Shown here in pieces: positions 41,432 through 50,144 of a stretch of DNA of 55,583 nt. The stretch comes from an uncultured Clostridia bacterium (GTDB lineage Bacteria > Bacillota > Clostridia > Tissierellales > Sedimentibacteraceae), in the NCBI GenBank assembly GCA_937875315.1, contig CALNCE010000020.1:1-55583 (forward strand). Direction: 5' to 3'. The position numbers and the translations under genes were made by a program. A model generated the notes under the pieces. That model was not told where the DNA came from. It did not search any database and worked only from the letters and a program-made list of their open reading frames with translations. Every line of letters begins with the position of its first letter. Within the stretch, counting starts at the first letter, position 1.

Positions 41432-42217
41432 CTATTCAATGATAATTACATCTATATTTGATACCCACTGGGGTTTATTTATATCTCCGGGCTCTTTTTG
41501 TCCTACTGCAAGTTTATAGGGAGCACCTTCATTTGTGGAATATTCTTCGCCGTTCTCTTCCCATGCAATAATCATGGGATATTTATTGTCAGGATTTGTT
41601 TCATCCATATATTCCATTTTAACCTGCTCAATTGTAAATTCCATGATGTATCCGTCCTGAGCTGTAATGGATATCTTTGAAGCTTCAGACTTTATCAGGG
41701 CTTTGCTTTCCAATAAGTCCCACAGCTTAACACCCTTAAAATGCGTATAGCCTGTTGTGCCGAAATTGTTCAGCCAATAAAAGTCAGCTTCAAAAATAAT
41801 ATCACTCATTCCCTTTAACTCATCTAAAGATAAAGAAAGCTCATTATCTACAAGACCTTTAACTTTTAAAACATTTTCTGCAATTACCGGCTGCTCATCC
41901 ACCGGCGGGGCTTCTTCTGTCGTCTTAGCAGTTACCGGCAATTCTTTAGAAGAATCAACCTTTGCATCTCCTTCCGGTTGTTCTGCTTCAGGTGTTTCTT
42001 CGGGAATTTCTTCAATTTCGCTTTCAATAGGTTCTTCAGGTTTGCCTGCTTCTTCCGGTTCATCCGGTGCTTCAGTTTCCCCTTTGATTATTTCATTATT
42101 GTTTTCTTCAATTGCAGCATTACTATCTCCATTTGCTGCCGGAGCATCAGTTTTTTCTGCAGAGCACCCTGCCAATATAAATATTACCGCAAATACTATA
42201 ATTAATAGTTTTTTCAT
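41432..42217 (-). CDS. Lipoprotein with long E/P-rich linker and sulfite-oxidase-like domain
   Basis: Lipobox LAGC; LKVKGLVDNELSLSLDEL, FKGVKLWDLL, AQDGY, IAWEENGE, QWVSNI. Confidence 0.8.
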   Translation of the reverse strand: MKKLLIIVFAVIFILAGCSAEKTDAPAANGDSNAAIEENNNEIIKGETEAPDEPEEAGKPEEPIESEIEEIPEETPEAEQPEGDAKVDSSKELPVTAKTTEEAPPVDEQPVIAENVLKVKGLVDNELSLSLDELKGMSDIIFEADFYWLNNFGTTGYTHFKGVKLWDLLESKALIKSEASKISITAQDGYIMEFTIEQVKMEYMDETNPDNKYPMIIAWEENGEEYSTNEGAPYKLAVGQKEPGDINKPQWVSNIDVIIIE

Positions 42218-42257
42218 ATAATACACCTCTTAAGAGGGGAGGAAACCTCCCCCTTAA

Positions 42258-45098
42258 TTATTTATTTAAATATCTTAAAAGCATTACCGTCGCTTCTGCT
42301 CTTGTTGTATTTTGTGTGCCGCCAAAAATATTGCCGGGCAATCCTTTGATAATCTCAGCTTTAACTGTCTTTGCAACATTTACCTTTGCCCACTGAGACA
42401 CCTCATCATTGAAAACAGACAATACTTCATCAGCGTTTGTTATTTCTTCTTCCAAAAGTGAGCCTATTACAGTTCCTATTTCCTGCCTTGTAATGGGAGA
42501 ATTTGGCTTGAATGTTCCATCTTCATAGCCTTTTACATATCCTTTTTCTGCTGCTGCTAAAACATCCTTTACAAACCAGTCTGTAGGTTTCACATCAGCA
42601 AAGTTTGATACTGCATCTTCATCAGCAATATTTAATACTCTGATTAACAATGATACAAATTCTGCTCTGCTGATATTATTATTTGGTCTGAATAAACCGT
42701 TGCTGCCTTTTGCATAACCCATTGCCGCCATTTCCAGAATACTGTCCTTTGCCCAGTGGTTATCAATATCAGCAAAAAGAATATCCTTATCGGTTTTTAC
42801 ATCCTTCATTTCAGGTGCTTCATAATCTCCGGTGCCTAAAACTATGCAGTCAACCCATTTAACCCACATGGATTTGCTTTCTTCGATAATGAGTCTCAAA
42901 GGACCATACGCATTGTTATTTATATATCCTAAGCTTGATTCGTTTGGCACTAAGGGATAGCCTTCTGCTGCATATGCTAAAATTATTTTCTTATTCTGAC
43001 CCTGTGAATTTAAAACTCCATTTACGACCTGCTCATTGCTTCTTAATATTTGATTGTAATTTTGACCGGCAAATACCCTTATGTTTGGAGCATCTACATC
43101 ATCTTTAAGTCCAACAACATCATTGATCAAATTCCAAAGAACAATACCCTGCATTTCAAGAATGCCGTCACCTGTGTAAGTATCTCTCTTTGCATACTCT
43201 GTCATTGCTTCAATCTGCCTTAATGTAAATGTCATAGGTTCTTTAATTTGAGAGCCTGTTACACGTAATACCGGCATGTCCAGGTATCCTTTATATACAC
43301 CTTGATTGTGTCCCCAGGATTCATCAATTTCTTGTTCTGTACTTGTACCTTCACCGGTTCCTTGAGTATCTGTTGCAATTGACTCCCCTTCACCGATAAT
43401 TATTTCTTTTGCAAACTGCACCTGGTTTGAGCCGTTTGTATCGTTATAACCTGTTTTGCCGAATATTATTCTAAGGGGTCCTCCGTCATTTCCAAGACCC
43501 GGATTATAACCTTGGTCTGCAGGCCGGGCTACATAAGGATATCCGTTGTATCCATAGGCAACCAATACCGGAAGCTCTGTATAAACAGGATTAACATATT
43601 CTCCCGGGAAAGCTCCGTCACCTTTGTCCAATGCACTTTTCTCATAATAACCGTACAAAGAATCATCCTTTATTTGCTTTATGGTCATTGGTGCAAAATT
43701 ATAATTATCTGCAGCAATGAAACGCACGCTGATATTTTCATCTATATTTGGGTCCAAGCCTGCCTCAAGAAGCAAGTCCCACAAAGGAACACCTTTGTAT
43801 GAATTGTAATACCAAAAATATTCACTGTTTGAAAGGCTGTATTCCTTGACTGTATGAAGGTCTGTCATTGCTTCAATATCTTTGACGGTGTACCTTGTTT
43901 CTTTGCCTAAAGCGTCTCCGTGAATTATCAATTCATAATCAGTATATTTTGGATTATTGTATGGAGCATAGCTGTGCTCGTAAATATTTTCAGCATCCTT
44001 TTCTTCAATATAAATATATGCTACATTGGTAAATTCCTTGGCTGTGTTTTTATCTTGTTCATATACTAGCTTAAAACAACCGTCGTCATTATTCTTTTCC
44101 TTTATATAACCTTCTTCTGTGTCCAAGTATACCAAGGGAACTTCATTAATGCCGTAGGCAACGACATAATTATCTGCTTCGGAAATATTAACCGTAAGAA
44201 TGTTCTGTCTTGATTTATCCTTAAATATGATATTGCCTGCATTATCCTTTGCTTTCACATAATTATCGATTAAATATTTTACATTTATTCCCTCATATAA
44301 ATTTTCAACAACTTTACCGTCAATCTTTTCATAATATTTATTTAATAACTGTCCACCGGTATCCTCTTCTACCTGCCTCAATGAAACAGCTCTGTATCCT
44401 TCAACTCCGGGACCTTCAATTGTAAATGTGGCTCCGGTTATTGCATCCACATTGTAAGGTTCACCATCATGACTGATGTGTTTGTAAGGTGATGAGGGAG
44501 TAACCTTTATTAACTCATCCCCCACTGTGAGCTTCACTACTTCCTTGCCCCATTTAGACATATTCATATCATCAATGTCTGTTTGTCCAAATACAAGTTT
44601 TGGAAAGTCTTTATCTATATCAGCTTCTGTTATAGGAATATCTGTCCATGTAACCGGGGGAGCAAAAATATTCTTTGGAAAATCAGCCATTACCGTTATG
44701 TATTTTGCTACCATAGGCATAACTTCTTCCTTGCTCCCTAAGGTAAAGTCACTGAAATAGTAAGCATTTTTAAGCTCGCTGAGGGTTTTGGTAAATTCAA
44801 AGCCGTCAGAGCAAGTAAATTTAACTGTATAATCTTTGTCTGTTTTTAAACCGTCTCCAATAAGGTCGAATAAATCATATCCTTTTGCTTTTACGATTTT
44901 ATGAAATCCAAGGCTGTTGTTTGTGGAATATGTTCTCTCAATTAAGCTGTAATTTGACCAGTCCCCTGATGAAATTATTACTTCTTCTTCCATTCCCGTG
45001 CCTGTAATTACAAGTTCAGGCTGAGCTGCTGAAACAGGCATTGCATTCATAATAATCAGGGATATAATCAACAGCCATATTGTAACTTTTCTTGCCAT
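42258..45098 (-). CDS. SLH-anchored surface protein with four tandem sulfite-oxidase-like domains
   Basis: Sec signal; four repeats (KGYDLFDL, YEGINVKYL, YKGVPLWDLL, MQGIVLWNL; GPLR/PKL cores); three C-terminal SLH motifs (FRPNNNISRAE, FKPNSPITRQE, TTRAEA). Confidence 0.82.
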   Translation of the reverse strand: MARKVTIWLLIISLIIMNAMPVSAAQPELVITGTGMEEEVIISSGDWSNYSLIERTYSTNNSLGFHKIVKAKGYDLFDLIGDGLKTDKDYTVKFTCSDGFEFTKTLSELKNAYYFSDFTLGSKEEVMPMVAKYITVMADFPKNIFAPPVTWTDIPITEADIDKDFPKLVFGQTDIDDMNMSKWGKEVVKLTVGDELIKVTPSSPYKHISHDGEPYNVDAITGATFTIEGPGVEGYRAVSLRQVEEDTGGQLLNKYYEKIDGKVVENLYEGINVKYLIDNYVKAKDNAGNIIFKDKSRQNILTVNISEADNYVVAYGINEVPLVYLDTEEGYIKEKNNDDGCFKLVYEQDKNTAKEFTNVAYIYIEEKDAENIYEHSYAPYNNPKYTDYELIIHGDALGKETRYTVKDIEAMTDLHTVKEYSLSNSEYFWYYNSYKGVPLWDLLLEAGLDPNIDENISVRFIAADNYNFAPMTIKQIKDDSLYGYYEKSALDKGDGAFPGEYVNPVYTELPVLVAYGYNGYPYVARPADQGYNPGLGNDGGPLRIIFGKTGYNDTNGSNQVQFAKEIIIGEGESIATDTQGTGEGTSTEQEIDESWGHNQGVYKGYLDMPVLRVTGSQIKEPMTFTLRQIEAMTEYAKRDTYTGDGILEMQGIVLWNLINDVVGLKDDVDAPNIRVFAGQNYNQILRSNEQVVNGVLNSQGQNKKIILAYAAEGYPLVPNESSLGYINNNAYGPLRLIIEESKSMWVKWVDCIVLGTGDYEAPEMKDVKTDKDILFADIDNHWAKDSILEMAAMGYAKGSNGLFRPNNNISRAEFVSLLIRVLNIADEDAVSNFADVKPTDWFVKDVLAAAEKGYVKGYEDGTFKPNSPITRQEIGTVIGSLLEEEITNADEVLSVFNDEVSQWAKVNVAKTVKAEIIKGLPGNIFGGTQNTTRAEATVMLLRYLNK

Positions 45099-45150
45099 TT
45101 GTACCTCCTGATAATAAATGAGCAAATATCGCTCATTTATTTTCTTTATA

Positions 45151-46311
45151 TTATTCCGTTACTATTTCCGGTTCCGGAAACAGCGTGTTAAACACAACCA
45201 ATGCTGCTTCCGCACGATTAACATTCTTCACAGGTTCAAAGTTCTCAGCTGCTACTCCCACGAATACATCCTGTGCTTCAAGCCATGCTACAGCATTTCC
45301 TGCCCAGTCTGCAACATCTTCTTTGTCTGTGTAATTTGATTTTTCCATTACAAATTTGTCGACTCTTGCTTGTTCAACAAGTCCTTTTTTAACTGCTGCC
45401 CTTGCCGCTACAACTGCCATCTCTTGTCTTGTTATTACTTTTTCCGGTGCAAATGTGCCGTCTGTATATCCTACGAACAGCCCTGAATCAACAGCAGCTT
45501 GTACATATGGCGCTGACCATCTGTCAACAGTTATATCGCTGAATGCTCCTTCATAATCTTTAAGTTCATATTCCAATGCCACAACAATTATTTTGCAAAA
45601 TTGTTCTCTTGTAAACTCATTTCCGGGAGCATAAAGTCCGCCGCCCACACCATCTATTATTCCTCTTTTTGCAAGGTCATAAATTGCTGTTTCTGCAAAC
45701 TTGTATTCTTCTGTTATATCTGTAAAAGTAACTGTTTCTGTTACTTCTTCTTCAGCAGGTTCGGTATCCGGTACTTCTTCTTCCGGTGTTTCTTCAACAA
45801 CTTCTGCTTCACCTACAGTAATTTTATTAACCAATTTAAAAACGGTGCCAAATTCGCCTTCTGCTTTTACATTTCTGTAAACAGTTATTTCTTCAATTAC
45901 AGCTTCATCATTGTCTACAGCCTCACCGTCTACCTCATAAGCTAATACAAATTTTAGTTCATCATTTAAAACATCCTGAAGCGGTTGAGGGTCGATATCA
46001 TAACCATCTGCTGCGAAAAACTCAACGCTTCCATCTTCAGCAGTCACTCCTGCTTTTTCCTTCAATAAATAAGCTAAGCTTACGCCTTTAACCTGGACTG
46101 TTTTTTCTCCGCCTTTTGAATTATAAACATAATCCTGTGCTATTTGAGCTTCTTCAGGCATTCCCTTCAGCTCATCAAGAGTAAGCTTGAGTTCTGTTGC
46201 AGCCAAAGTGCCTCCGATTTCAACTGCGTAATTTTCTTCTGCAAAAACCAATGATTGCGATAGAATTATCACAATAACCAATACCAATGAAATTACTTTA
46301 AATTTTTTCAT
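45151..46311 (-). CDS. SLH-anchored surface protein with one sulfite-oxidase-like domain
   Basis: Sec signal; LTLDELKGM, KGVSLAYLL, AADGY, LAYEVDGE; acidic linker; three SLH motifs. Confidence 0.82.
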   Translation of the reverse strand: MKKFKVISLVLVIVIILSQSLVFAEENYAVEIGGTLAATELKLTLDELKGMPEEAQIAQDYVYNSKGGEKTVQVKGVSLAYLLKEKAGVTAEDGSVEFFAADGYDIDPQPLQDVLNDELKFVLAYEVDGEAVDNDEAVIEEITVYRNVKAEGEFGTVFKLVNKITVGEAEVVEETPEEEVPDTEPAEEEVTETVTFTDITEEYKFAETAIYDLAKRGIIDGVGGGLYAPGNEFTREQFCKIIVVALEYELKDYEGAFSDITVDRWSAPYVQAAVDSGLFVGYTDGTFAPEKVITRQEMAVVAARAAVKKGLVEQARVDKFVMEKSNYTDKEDVADWAGNAVAWLEAQDVFVGVAAENFEPVKNVNRAEAALVVFNTLFPEPEIVTE

Positions 46312-46385
46312 ACTTTCCTCCATAAGTTTTTATTATTTAATTTAGCAGGACTAAATTTAAATCATAAAAGTACGATAAAAAACCC

Positions 46386-46417
46386 AAAAAAACAACACTT
46401 CTGATAGAAATGCTGTT
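46386..46417 (-). terminator. Leader terminator (riboswitch expression platform)
   Basis: AACAGCAUUUCU-AUC-AGAAGUGUUGUU followed by a U-tract, between aptamer and first start codon. Confidence 0.75.
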
Positions 46418-46427
46418 CCCATGCTAT

Positions 46428-46528
46428 GTATATCTCCTTTCCATCAGGAGGCTTGACCGTTTCCAGTCAAACCCTATCGGCATAACGCCATAAATTTACA
46501 TTCTAAGGCTGTTATGCTCGGAGCTATT
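46428..46528 (-). ncRNA. Moco-family riboswitch (Moco RNA motif), P3-less 'Tuco' variant
   Basis: - strand: CUCCGAGCAUAACAGCC...UAUGGCGUUAUGC-CGAU-AGGGUUUGACUGGAAACGGUCAAGCCUCCUGAUGGAAAGGAG; hallmark CUCCGAG, AGGG, GAAA tetraloop, GCCUCC..UGGAAAGGAG; no P3 between P2 and P4. Confidence 0.9.
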
Positions 46529-46539
46529 AAGTTAAATTA

Positions 46540-46568
46540 ATTATATCACAATCTAAAAGTAGTGTAAA
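46540..46568 (-). promoter_or_regulatory. SigA promoter of the riboswitch-controlled operon
   Basis: TTTACA-17 bp-TATAAT with extended TG, just upstream of the aptamer. Confidence 0.75.
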
Positions 46569-46583
46569 CTACCTTTAATTTTT

Positions 46584-47288
46584 TTATTCTTCGAAGACCT
46601 TGCCGATGCTGTCATTAATAACCAAGTCTGCTCTTTTGTCCATGGGAGTTGATGATTTGTTAACAAGTACCAATTTGCTTCCGTCAAAGTAATTAATAAG
46701 ACCGGCAGCGGGATAAACCACAAGAGATGTTCCGCCGACAATTAAAACATCGGCTTTCTCTATAAAGTGAACTGAGCTTTCTATAACATTGCTGTTAAGA
46801 CTTTCTTCATACAATACGACATCCGGCTTAACGATTCCCCCGCATCGACATTTTGGAATTCCTTTTGAGCTGACAATAAAATTGACATCATAAAATTTTC
46901 CGCATTTCATACAGTAATTTCTGTGTACGGAGCCATGAAGCTCCAATACATTTTTGCTTCCGGCAGCTTGATGAAGACCGTCAATATTCTGGGTTATAAC
47001 TGCTTTTACTTTTCCTTCTTTTTCAAGCTCAGCAAGTTTTTTATGGGCAGTATTCGGCTCAGCCTCCAAAAAAATCATTTTATTTATATAAAAGTCAAAG
47101 AACTCTTCAGTGTTGTTTCTGAAGAAACTGTGGGAAACCATCGTTTCAGGCGAATACTTATATTTTGTGCTGTACAATCCGTCAGTACTTCTAAAATCAG
47201 GTATCCCGCTTTCAGTTGAAACACCGGCTCCCCCAAAAAATACAATATTGTCGCTATTCGAAATTATTTCTTTTAATTCAGCGTTCAT
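46584..47288 (-). CDS. cobB: NAD-dependent protein deacylase (sirtuin)
   Basis: GAGVSTESGIPDFR, TQNIDGLH, HGS, CxxC..CxC, GGTSLVVYPAA. Confidence 0.95.
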   Translation of the reverse strand: MNAELKEIISNSDNIVFFGGAGVSTESGIPDFRSTDGLYSTKYKYSPETMVSHSFFRNNTEEFFDFYINKMIFLEAEPNTAHKKLAELEKEGKVKAVITQNIDGLHQAAGSKNVLELHGSVHRNYCMKCGKFYDVNFIVSSKGIPKCRCGGIVKPDVVLYEESLNSNVIESSVHFIEKADVLIVGGTSLVVYPAAGLINYFDGSKLVLVNKSSTPMDKRADLVINDSIGKVFEE

Positions 47289-47313
47289 GTAATCACTCCT
47301 TCAGCACATTATA

Positions 47314-48402
47314 TCAATATACATTTACTATTCTGTCTCCCACAATATCCATGTTCAGGTATTCGTTATGTCTTTTTGGAATGGTTACCACGTCAGGATT
47401 ACCGTCGCTTATGAATCTTTCTCTTTTGTTTTCATCGTATTGTTTAAAATAATCATATATACCGCAATTATCTACATTGATTTCGCTTGCCGTCACACGG
47501 TAAAGACTATTGAAATTTGTCAATATGTCAAAAGGTGAATAAGCCGGCCTCCAGCCTACGTCTAAGACCGCAATGGTATTGTATTTATTGCCGTCGTATT
47601 CTCCTTCAAGCATTGATTCAATAAATTCATCCTTTGGATTGCTGCCGAGAGGAAGAGATAGTGTTTCTACCGCATAATCAGGTAAATATTGTTTTATTAT
47701 ATTATTTACAGAGCCTATTTCGATTTGTATTTCATCCGGGTTTAATTCTGCCATTTCATTGTGGCTGTATGTGTGGTTTCCCAAATCATATCCATTGTCT
47801 ATAAGCCAATTAAGCTTTTTTTCTGCATATTCTTTTCGACCGAATAGATTAGTTCCTAAAAAAAAGCTCGCAGTTACATTAAAATCAGGATATTTATTTT
47901 TAAATTCTTCCAAAATTCCTATGGCGCAGTCAGTATCTAACACCATTTCTCCGTTTTCTTCGATTAAATTAAAATTATTCTGCCTTCCATCATCAAAGGT
48001 GAGTATTATTGGAGTAAAGCCTGCTTCTGTTTTAATTTCCCCCTTGGCATAATCGTTTAAGCTTATCATGCGATAACCGTTTTGGTACATATATTCCAAA
48101 TCCTTGCGAAAATTATCGGGAGTTCTCTGCCATACCGATTCTTCCGGACCGATTCCATGATACATCAATATCATAATTTCACCTAACTCATTAGGGTTCA
48201 ACGACATATCAATAGATGCAATAATATCTTCTTCAGTAAGGTCATGGTTTTCTTCGTTTGTCCCATCCGTATTTGTTTCCTGTTCTGCCGGAAGCTCATC
48301 AACCGGAGCCTCAATAACAGGGGGCTCCTCAGGAGCTTCTGCTGTAGGAGCTGCACATCCTGTCAGCAATAATAACGTCATTAAAATAATTGTTTTTTTC
48401 AT
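47314..48402 (-). CDS. Polysaccharide deacetylase lipoprotein
   Basis: Lipobox LTGC; ILMYH, LTFDDG, GNHTYSH. Confidence 0.85.
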   Translation of the reverse strand: MKKTIILMTLLLLTGCAAPTAEAPEEPPVIEAPVDELPAEQETNTDGTNEENHDLTEEDIIASIDMSLNPNELGEIMILMYHGIGPEESVWQRTPDNFRKDLEYMYQNGYRMISLNDYAKGEIKTEAGFTPIILTFDDGRQNNFNLIEENGEMVLDTDCAIGILEEFKNKYPDFNVTASFFLGTNLFGRKEYAEKKLNWLIDNGYDLGNHTYSHNEMAELNPDEIQIEIGSVNNIIKQYLPDYAVETLSLPLGSNPKDEFIESMLEGEYDGNKYNTIAVLDVGWRPAYSPFDILTNFNSLYRVTASEINVDNCGIYDYFKQYDENKRERFISDGNPDVVTIPKRHNEYLNMDIVGDRIVNVY

Positions 48403-48538
48403 TTACTCTCCTCTTTCTTTATCATTATTCTATATTATTTAAGTATAAATGTCCACATGAAGTATTTTCATATTTTTGTTTATTATTGACTGTATATTTG
48501 ATATAATGACTGAGGATGTCTAAGTTAGGAGGTAAGAT

Positions 48539-49060
48539 TTGAAAAGCGATAATAAAAATGCACAAGATAAGCTTAAGCTTTTGTATATATTGGACTATAT
48601 TGAAATGCCTTTGACAAATATTGAAATAACAAATTATATATTGGAATATGGCATGATGGATTATTTCACATTGCAGCTTTTGTTAAGTGACCTTTGCGAT
48701 GTTAAGTTTACGCTTCTTAAGCCTTATAACGGAAATGAATATTACTCTGTTTCAAAATCAGGCAAGGCAGCCTTGGAAATGTTCAGCGATAAACTTCCCG
48801 AATATTTTATAAATGAGGTAGAAAAGAATTTCTCCGGCATAAAAAAACATGTAAAAAAGCAGAGAGAAATATTCGGCCATTATTATAAAAGAAAAGATGA
48901 TGAATATATTGTATCTCTTCAAGTCACGGAAAACTCCACAACTATTTTTAATATCAGCATAAATGTGACCGATGAAATTACGGCAAAAAATATAATTAAA
49001 AAATGGGAAACCTCTCCTGAGAAAATATTCGGGCAAATTATTAATGCATTAACAAATTAA
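48539..49060 (+). CDS. DUF4364 family protein
   Basis: KLKLLYIL, MDYFTLQ, wHTH-like N-terminus; TTG start behind AGGAGG. Confidence 0.75.
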   Translation: MKSDNKNAQDKLKLLYILDYIEMPLTNIEITNYILEYGMMDYFTLQLLLSDLCDVKFTLLKPYNGNEYYSVSKSGKAALEMFSDKLPEYFINEVEKNFSGIKKHVKKQREIFGHYYKRKDDEYIVSLQVTENSTTIFNISINVTDEITAKNIIKKWETSPEKIFGQIINALTN

Positions 49061-49947
49061 CGGATAACTTTTATTAAAAAAGGTGTAAACATAAGTTTTA
49101 AGGAGCTTAAGTTGTGCCCTTTTTTTTCTATTATGTCAATTTGCTGCTTCTTTGAATTTGTAATATAAATATTTTTGCTGCCGCAGGAAATGGATTCCGG
49201 ATATCCTCCCAAATATATTTTTTTATTAATATTTCTTGATATGGCATCTGCAATATAAAGACTTTTATCGACTATATTTAATATGTAAAGCAGATTATTT
49301 TCATAATCCAACAAGAAATCAGAAGCAAGCCCATTTATGTTGATTGTATTTTCAATGGTTTTGTCTGTTAAATTAATAAAATTTATTTTTGTTTGAACAT
49401 TTCCGTTGACGTAATATGTCATAACTATTATTGTGTCCTTTAACACAAATATATGCATAGGCTTCCCATCTGTTTTGAATCGTCTTTTCATTCCTTTGTC
49501 AATACTGTATTCCGCCACTTCATTTTCTTCATAGCAGGTTGTGTAAAGTGAGTTGTTTTTTTCTGAATATATTACATCGTGTGATTTTATACCTGCAGGT
49601 ATAGAGCCTGTCAATATGAAGGAATCCAGCTCAATGATTGAAATATTATCAGATTCAAAATTTGCAACATATATATTTTCTTTGTCCAAACACATATGAC
49701 GTGGGTCTCTTCCAACGTTTGTTTCAAAAAATTCATTTTTGCTGTCAAATTTATATATTTTGTTATTGAAGGAATCTGCCATGTATACTGCATTTTCAAA
49801 AACTTCAATACTGTGAATGGCAAAGCTGTCACTTGCTCCTAAATGTAAAGCCTTCTTAAAAGAGTAATTATCCCCTAATAGTTCCATTATATACAAAAAT
49901 AATCTTCCCTGACTTATGCCGGTTGTGACGATTTTTTCATCATACAC
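49057..49947 (-). CDS. YncE/YVTN-type beta-propeller protein
   Basis: Repeated VGRDPRHM / YVANFESDNISII / GGYPESI blades; GTG start behind GGAGGTG; upstream AC-16-CATAAACTA (SigK-like, 49964-49990). Confidence 0.75.
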   Translation of the reverse strand: MYDEKIVTTGISQGRLFLYIMELLGDNYSFKKALHLGASDSFAIHSIEVFENAVYMADSFNNKIYKFDSKNEFFETNVGRDPRHMCLDKENIYVANFESDNISIIELDSFILTGSIPAGIKSHDVIYSEKNNSLYTTCYEENEVAEYSIDKGMKRRFKTDGKPMHIFVLKDTIIVMTYYVNGNVQTKINFINLTDKTIENTININGLASDFLLDYENNLLYILNIVDKSLYIADAISRNINKKIYLGGYPESISCGSKNIYITNSKKQQIDIIEKKGHNLSSLKLMFTPFLIKVIR

Positions 49948-50029
49948 TGCAATCACCTCCATATAGTTTATGAATCATAACAAAAGAAGTGAGTATTTTT
50001 GAAAAATTCATTAAATTTTCTGATAATTA

Positions 50030-50056
50030 AAAAAAACAGCAGTTTTACTGCTGCTT
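50030..50056 (-). terminator. Intrinsic terminator downstream of the LysM gene
   Basis: CAGCAGU-AAA-ACUGCUG followed by a U-tract. Confidence 0.75.
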
Positions 50057-50144
50057 AGACTATTGACTCTCCATGTATGTCATCCGCGGCATCTTCAAAC
50101 TGTGCCTCCTTAGAATGACATAAATTTTAATTATTAGTTACGAC

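Noticed and set aside
36108-46311. Catalytic MsrPQ/sulfite dehydrogenase system
   Set aside because: No Mo-ligating Cys at the expected position, no Tat signals, no heme-b MsrQ or cytochrome partner. Disfavoured rather than excluded.
31876-46568. Recently acquired genomic island or mobile element
   Set aside because: No integrase, transposase, tRNA or flanking direct repeats seen; no obvious compositional shift by eye.
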